Source: the human T2T-CHM13v2.0 reference genome, Homo sapiens. From it: a DNA stretch of 64,000 bases. Shown here piece after piece: positions 55,557 through 64,000 of this stretch (the stretch's first letter is position 1; the number at the start of each line of letters is the position of its first letter). The notes beneath the pieces were generated by a model that saw only the letters and a list, made by a program, of their open reading frames with translations, was not told the DNA's origin and searched no databases. A program made the translations under genes and the position numbers. The stretch lies in the NCBI RefSeq assembly GCF_009914755.1, contig NC_060939.1; one strand, given 5' to 3'.

Positions 55557-57173
55557 CTATACATGGGAAATATTTTGCTTTTTGAGTTTCTCCCTTCATA
55601 TTATCTTCCAAAGCCCCGCTTTTTTTGGTCTCCCAAGGAATGTTTTTTAAGTGTCAAAATTCACACAAAATGTTTGACTTGCACTTTAGATGTTAAATAT
55701 ACAACTATTTGAGGATCTTGCGCTAGAAGGTTCTCTACATAAATTATTTTTTCAAAAGGCCAGTGTAACCTTTTGAGAGTCTTTATCATCTCACCCTTTT
55801 TCTGAAGTCCTGTTTTGTAAAAATGTGCCCTTAGAAATAAAGAGAATATTGATTTTGCAATGTTGGTACAAACTGGACAACAGCAGGAAGATCTCAAAAT
55901 AAGATAAGCCACTGCACAGCACAGCACAGAATAACCCAGTTAGGGAGGAGAATGTCTGCTCTGTCAGTCTGTCTTCCCTGGCACTGCTTCTCGCTGGCAT
56001 CAAGTAGGAAAGATCCCTTTCAGCTTGACACAAGTATGCACTGTCCTTCTGAAATATGAGAAAAGCAGTTCCCTCAGGAACAAGGAGGCCTCGTGCCAGA
56101 GGTTAGTGAAGCTGGAGAAACCGAGAGCTTGGCTGGCAAGGACTGTGTAAGATGGGACTCTCTCTGTTGGAATGCTAGTGGAATCAGTTAGGTTACTTCC
56201 CCAAGGTTATGCAATGTTCTTAAAATATACTACTTAACACTGGATAGAATTCTTATCGTGCATTGCGTACCAATACTAACTGTTCTATTCTATGAACCAA
56301 AAAAACCATGGAATGTCTTTTCCCATCACCCACATGCCCTGCTGTACATAGAGTATACAATTGGCTGATTATGTTTTGGTCTTCACCCTTCTAGAATGAG
56401 TGTGAGCTCCATGAGGACAGGAATTAGCTTTGCTTTTTTCTGTTTTGCCTACTGCTCTGTCTACTATACTTAGAACAATGATGAATATATGATAGGGATT
56501 CAATAAATATTTGTTGAATAAAAAATGTTTTGAATGCTTTTGTAGATATAAATATAAATAATCAGAATGATGGAGCTGTGTTCACTACTTAAGTTCAGAG
56601 CAGATGGCTTCATGGCCACTGAAATTATCCCCATGACATCACAATGTGGTACAAAGGGAGGACACAGGATTTAACATCAATGTTGTCCCTCTGCTGTTTA
56701 CTTAGCAAGGTACCCTCTCTGAGTCTTAGCTCCATCCTCACTCAAAGAGAGATGTCATTATCTGCTTCAGGGACAGGACTGTTAAAAATTGCACAAAAGT
56801 ATATGTCTTGGAGAGGTTTAAATTTCATGGGAGAATATGAAAAACACACATTTTTATGCATATATACAGTCTACCCACGTAGACAAGAAAGACATATAAC
56901 CATAAACACAGAGACAGACGTGTTTGGGAAGAGCTTCAAATAGGACTATGGAATAGTTCTTAAACTCCCACTTCCTAATTTTATAACAGATTTCAGGGTG
57001 AAAATGTCTAAGCAAGTGGTTTTTTTTGATGAACCATGTTTTAGTTATTTCCTCCTAAAAACAGAAGCAAGGATTGTGGTAATGGCTCTACAGGGTTTGG
57101 CTCTGAAATGTGTCATCAGTCAAGATAAATTTGTGCTGGTCAATATAACCCTAAAAACAATGTTTTCTCTTTA

Positions 57174-57722
<549 letters not shown>

Positions 57723-58359
57723 TTATTCACAGCTGGCTTTCAGCCCATGCCACCCTTGCCTTTCCCCATTCCCTGTTGCCATGGGACCTTCATTGTTGCC
57801 TGCACTCAGTAGCAAAGCACCTCTTCTACATTTGCCTCTTCTACTTAAGAGGCCAGGGTAGGAGTTTTAGAAGCATTCCAGAGTTCCCTCTGCCTACCTT
57901 GAATGAGAAGGGTAGCTATATATATTTCTAAGAGGAAAAAGGAAATCTGTATGATTCCAAACTAATCCCAAAGAGTAAGACATGACTGATCAGTAGAGCC
58001 CCAGATTAATGAGCTCAGAGGATAATGTTTAATGATATCACCAAAGAAGTGTCCTCATTTCTTCCCAGGAGAGGATTCTGATTTTTATTCAGATTCCATA
58101 CAAGAAATTACTTTTCCTACCACCACCGGACAATGTATTTCCTTTCAACATACTATGTAAAATGCTTGCACATTTCTTTACACTGGGGTATGGCTTCTCT
58201 ACATGATTACAGACATCAGAGCTAAGAGGGGAGCATCAGGTACTGCGGTTTCTTAAAGAACCCACCACCATACAGCTTGCCCAACAAATTGCCCTTCTGC
58301 TGTGTTCCAGGTTTTCAACTCATCCCCTGTTACAAGGCACAGTCATGAAGAGATGAGGG

Positions 58360-58560
58360 ACTGCAGCTGCAGTCGGCCAGACCTGGTGTGACTCTGGGTT
58401 CTGCCTCTTATTAGCTGGGTGACATGGGCCACGTACTTCACTTCTCTGACTTTCCATTGCTTCCTCTGTAAGATGGAGATAATAATAACTATTGTGTAGA
58501 TTATGGTTTGGCTTCAATACAATATTTGTCAACTGTCCAAGTCAGTATCTGGTACACAAG
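58360..58560 (+). mobile_element. MIR
   Basis: tagctgggtgacatgggccacgtacttcacttctctgac...cttcctctgtaagatggagataataata. Confidence 0.8.
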
Positions 58561-59805
58561 AATAAAGGACTGCTGTTGCTGTTACTGCTATTTGTTAACC
58601 AGTATCCATAAGCACAACTGCCTGCTATGACACAGGACAACGAAAGTGATGAAGGCACATGAGCAGATAAAATAAACATTGGAAAAGGCCTCCAGGAAAT
58701 GCTCTGTCAGCAGGAACACTATCATTGACTGCCTGTACTTGAGGGAATCAGATTTCTATCGAGTAACCTAAAGATGAGTAGGTGAAATGTATCACCGACT
58801 CTTGGCTCCTGGGCTCTGCAGCTGTTGCTCCTTATCCTCACTAGCTTCATTCAGTTTCATTTTTCTTCCCTTTTGCTAATGCAATGTGGCCTATGCAGGT
58901 GTCCCTATATTCCCATCATCTCCTCCTCTGACATCTCTCCCCAAGGACAGTCTGGCACGTCCCTCAACGTTCCCAGCGAGATACTGCCACCTTCCTCTTG
59001 TCTAACCTCTCAATGTGGGCATACAGAGGCTTGAATTATCCTAGCAAACTTTGTATTTTCATGGGTTACTAGATAACCTGACTCCTCCTGGAAGTGAGGA
59101 TACTATTGCTGTCTTCATTAAACCAGGTACACAGCTTTGAAACAAAGCTCTGATTATTCTAAAACACAGGGTTCTTCTAAGTATGAGAGCTATGATTTAG
59201 GGCTCCAATCTGGCTCAGATATCGGTTCACATCATCATGCTATGTCCCTCCCAGCATGAAGAGATGGTGGCCATAGTAGTGGGAGAGGAAAACAAAGGGT
59301 TCAGGGCAGAGGCTAGGAGCAGCATCCTTCCAAAGTCTGCTCTGGCCCTTCACTATCTCTGACCTAACCTCAAAAGCTCCTTGTATTTCAAGACCCTGGA
59401 GAAGTTCTTCATGAAGTAATGATGAGTAGGTTCGTCTAATCTCTTATCCTGGTGAATGGAGGACTAGGAGAGGATGAGAGGCACACTGGCCATACCAAGC
59501 CCACAATTTTCCAGTCTGGGGATATTACTAATGATATTTTAATAATTATGTAAGATTATGACACTTAACAGACTATCATAACTTAATTAATGAAAAAGTA
59601 GACGTTTAATGTATCTTCGAGAACTTCATCTCTTAATCCATATTGACTATGAGTCTAATAATTATATTGCACTGAAATGGAGTTGTGTATCCCTTTGAAT
59701 TCAGGTGCTAATGAAAATCTATTATAAAGTTTATGAAGCCACCAGGCAATTGCTTATTGAGGAAGTTTCAAGGGTTCCAAAATAAATACCTAAATAGCTG
59801 TTGTT

Positions 59806-60120
<315 letters not shown>

Positions 60121-60683
60121 TTATTGAAACTCAATGTCACTAAAGATCCAAATAAGCTTCGTGTTCCCTTTAAATTGGTAGTAGGAACAGAATGTGGAAG
60201 AAAGGAGAGCACCAAAATTCAAGTCAGAAGATCCAGCATATTCCACCAATAGACAGTTACAGTACTTCAGATGGAACCTCATTTTAATCATCTATAACAT
60301 GAAGACACAGAGCCAAGGGATCCTTTTCACCTTTACTATTTAATTATCATTTTAAGAGGCGACAAATACCAACTAAATCATATACTCCTATGTGGAGTGT
60401 GTAGAACTGCCACTGACTTTTTAAAAAAAGATATGAAAAATTTCAAATGTCTTTAGGGTGTATGTTTCCAAAAATTTAAATTTCCTGAGGGAGAGATATT
60501 TTATTTTTTAAAATATATTAACATATTTTCTCTCTCTAGGCAAAGTATATTTATTTCACTTTTTTAGGATTAAAAATAAATCCTGATGATGCCACTAAGC
60601 AGCAATATCTCTGAAAGAAAAGCAATTAACAACAAAGACAAATAAAATTTATTTTGTCCCTATGCAACTTTCCACCTATGGTT

Positions 60684-60685
<2 letters not shown>

Positions 60686-60733
<48 letters not shown>
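60686..60733. repeat. Pure (CA)n microsatellite, about 24 units
   Basis: Direct observation. Confidence 0.97.
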
Positions 60734-60735
<2 letters not shown>

Positions 60736-61339
60736 CTTATCCGTTTATCCCCTTTAATTAAATTGAGAGCGGGAAACACATTCAACCATATGCTGCACTG
60801 CAGGTGATGAACAATTAAGAACTCTTCAAAAATAAAGTTGCCCTTGAACTAATTTTAGTGACTACATCAAAAAAGAAAACAAAGCAACCATTACAGAGTG
60901 TCTGAAGTTGAGATCCTGTTTTGAAGGGGTCTGCTCTAATGGAAGAGCCACTGGGGCAAGGAACGACAGATTCCCCCATCCGATGTTGATTCACGACTCA
61001 GGTATCAGACACTACGATCAAGGCCACGTGCACACAGAGAAACATATGATTCCTGCCACCCAGGAGCTGGTGATCTAGTGTCAGACTCACATGTAAACAA
61101 ATAATTACAACAATGTCAAGTGCTTTAAGATGGAAGAAGCACAAAGCAATATCTGGAATATAAAAAACGAAATGCTTAACTCTAACCAGAGAAGTTGGAG
61201 AGCTTTATGGAAAAAATGACATGTGTGCTAGGTCTTGACAGATGAGAAGTTTATCGTGGAAACAGCATGTGCAAAGGCACAGAAGTAAAGGAAGGAAGCA
61301 AAAGGAAGGGGAAGAAAAGAAAGGTAGAATATAAATTTG

Positions 61340-61910
61340 AAAAAATATTTTCCAATCTAATATGTATAAACTAGGATCTTATTTTAATTGTCATATTCCT
61401 AATTACTTGTGAGGCTAAGTATATTCTTATATACTGAATTCATCATTCAAACTTTCTTATAAGTGAATTGACTATCTCCTTTGCTCATTTTTTTCCTCCT
61501 GGGTAGTTTGCCTTTCTTTTATTAATTGATATGATTTCTTTACAAATGTTGGATGCTAATTATCAGTCATAATAGCTACAAATATCTCCTCCCAGCTTTT
61601 CTTCTTACTTTGTTAAATGATATCATCTGTCATAGTCAAATGCTTTTCCTTTAATTTTAATTTTATATTATTTAAATATAGACAAATTCACCAGTAATCT
61701 TCATTATGTTTTGTGCGTTTAAGAAACCCTTTCCTAATCCTTCCATATTTTCTTCTAAAAGCTGTTAAGTTTTCCTTTTCACATTTCAGTTCAAAATCCA
61801 CCTGAAATAGATTTTTGTGCATGGCATAAGGTACATCCAACTGTTTTTTTTCCCCATAGGGATAACTAATTGTCCTAGCATCATTCATCAAATAATTTAT
61901 CCTCTCCCAT
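61340..61910 (-). mobile_element. Old L1M fragment
   Basis: T-rich; minus-strand degenerate ORF2-like sequence; cctgaaatagatttttgtgcatggcataaggta. Confidence 0.7.
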
Positions 61911-61949
61911 TACAAATAATGGGAGCTGTTATGGGTAACATAACGTCAC

Positions 61950-62460
61950 CCATCACGGGTAGGATCCCCTGGAAAATAGACCCTGAAAAGAGATTCCATG
62001 CAGAAGGTTTAGTGGAGAGTGCTCTTTGGAGCAATACCTATGGGAAAGTGAGGGAAGCAGGATTGGAGAAGATGCAATTTTGACAGAGGCCTCAGGTGAT
62101 AATGTAGGGAGCATGGAGACTGGGATGGCCCTTCAGAACTGCCCTACAAAAGGCAATGGTGCTGAGCTTCCGTACTCTCACACACAGATAAGTCATTGGT
62201 CAGGCCTGCGCTTGAGAAGAAGGTGTAATCTTGGGAGTACCTCCCCCCTTGCAGCTGAGTACCTCCCCAGGAACTGCCCTCTGCAAATGACACTTCAGAT
62301 GGAACCTCAAAATGGCAGAGGTAGCTCCCATTTGGAGAGGGCAGTTCCTGGGGAGGCACTCAGCTGTAAGCCTTTGGCTGGCAATGCTCCCAGCAGCGGA
62401 GAGAACAGGGTGTTAGTCTTGCAAGGGGGATCTGGGTGGCGCACACAGCATACACTATAC
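61950..62460 (-). mobile_element. LTR16A-like (ERVL) solo LTR carrying an inverted duplication
   Basis: Minus strand gcgccacccagatcccc, ctgaagggccatcccagtctcc, aatcctgcttccctcac resemble LTR16A. Confidence 0.75.
62248..62370. repeat. Inverted repeat, 42-bp arms (39/42 complementary), 39-nt spacer
   Basis: cttgcagctgagtacctccccaggaactgccctctgcaaatg (62248-62289) versus catttggagagggcagttcctggggaggcactcagctgtaag (62329-62370). Confidence 0.95.
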
Positions 62461-63879
62461 CAACTTGCTCATGTATCACTTTGACATTGTGATACATGGG
62501 CTACGCTGTTTAGTATAACTCTTTTCCCCATGAAATAATTTTCAGATATGTTTCCATTCTGGTCACCAACACGTAATCTAATCTGTCAATAATGCCCTTC
62601 AAATATGTACCTATAACTATACCAACAACTCCAGATTCATCAGACTCTATAAAGTACAGAAGCACATTTTCTCCCTTGATATGAATATCTATTTCTAATG
62701 TAGCCTGACTTTTTGTTCTCAACAGCTATACATTACCCAACTGGCTCAAAATCAATATGCTGTCAGCTAAAACAGAAACTGAGGTCCCTGATGTCCTTTA
62801 CCTGTAAGTGGATAGTTTAATCTCAATGCAGGATTTTTCCATTATCCTCTTGAGTTTAATCTTGTTCCATTTAACTTAGGAAAATTTAACAAGCTGTGAT
62901 TCTGTCACCTAACACCTCTCGCTGTTTCAATTTTTCTCTAAATTTGATACAGGATGCCAAAAAGCTTTTAAAAAGAAAATCCCATGAGGGCAGAGAGCAG
63001 CGATGAGGCTTGTGGCATGCCAATGATACCCTGACTTCTACTTCCACTCTCAGAAACCCATCCCATAACCCATCTGTAAAGATCTTGCTCTGCTAGGTAA
63101 TATTAATAGCAGGAATTTTTTCAGCATATTAATATAATGACTTACAGTGAGTTTTGTACATAGCTTTTGGAAACCAATCACATGACCTCAACTTACATTT
63201 GCATTATACACAAGTTTTCTAGCAACAGTGCTTACACAGAAGGGAAACTTCCATGGTGGGCATTAGGCACCCAGCAGGTGAGCCTTGCAGAACTCCCTGA
63301 ATCACAGCCTACAAGAGTTACAGGTCCCTGCCTGGCCTTCTAGTTCACCAATGTGTTGGGCTATAAAATGTACCTTGGTTCAGACGTGCTGTCCTTTGAT
63401 CATGGATAATGCAACATGGTTAATCTGTGACCAGTGAAGTACATGAAACATTAAACCGCCTCTGGTTTCTGTTTCAAGTTTGATCACTTGACTGCCCCTC
63501 AGTAACTGGATTTTACAATGAAGTTAAATCTCATTTAAAAATGTAAAGCTGTCTGTTCTGGTAAAGCCAATCATATGTTGTAAAGTTATTCCATTTAAAA
63601 GAACAGTTTCTTTGTTCCCCAAAGGTTTGACTTTGAGTACCCAAGTTCCATTTAATTCTACTCACATCTCTGAGTACATTTAGATTCCCAAACCCATGCA
63701 GAGATGAATAGTTTCAAGGTTAGTTAAAAATAAAAAAAGCATTTTCTAGCAAAATAGGGTAACAGCATCTAACATTGATAATAATCACATGATATGACAT
63801 GAAACCAGTTTCATTGTTTAACATAGGAAAAATGTGAAAAATGTGTCCCTGTTACCAGTTTTCAGACTAAGTTCTCTCA

Positions 63880-64000
63880 TCATTAATCCATCCATTTATT
63901 CATTCATTCAATAGAACACTTACTGAGTATATGTCATTGGTCAGTTTCAGTAACTGACCCAGGTATACAATGATGAATGTGATACCATTGCTATCTTTGA
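63880..64000 (-). mobile_element. L2 3' end fragment
   Basis: atttattcattcattcaatagaacacttactgagt. Confidence 0.65.

Overview
AT-rich primate (human or great ape) genomic DNA that is almost entirely intronic sequence of FMN1 (formin-1), transcribed on the minus strand. One coding exon is well supported: 9466-9291 (-), 176 nt, with canonical splice sites, encoding (G)[59 protein letters not shown] recognise this peptide from memory as part of the long N-terminal FMN1 isoform. The rest is interspersed repeats: about 18 Alus, L1, L2 and MIR fragments, hAT DNA transposons, microsatellites and several solo LTRs. Leads worth a second look: (1) a MER41B LTR with both STAT1 GAS motifs intact; (2) a CpG-rich LTR12F in the FMN1-sense orientation with six CCAAT boxes, a weakened poly(A) signal and a splice donor just downstream; (3) a candidate cassette exon at 39886 with an in-frame donor and a poison donor; (4) a 42-bp near-perfect inverted duplication inside an old LTR16A; (5) a hairpin over the exon donor coinciding with a Q codon where I recall H in human; (6) a promoter-like motif set followed by a 67-codon ORF near 26.5 kb; (7) several rearranged Alus. 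There are no prokaryotic features, CRISPR arrays or RNA genes, and I found no evidence of a wholly new biological system. Repeat subfamily names come from remembered consensus sequences, and boundaries of old repeats are approximate.
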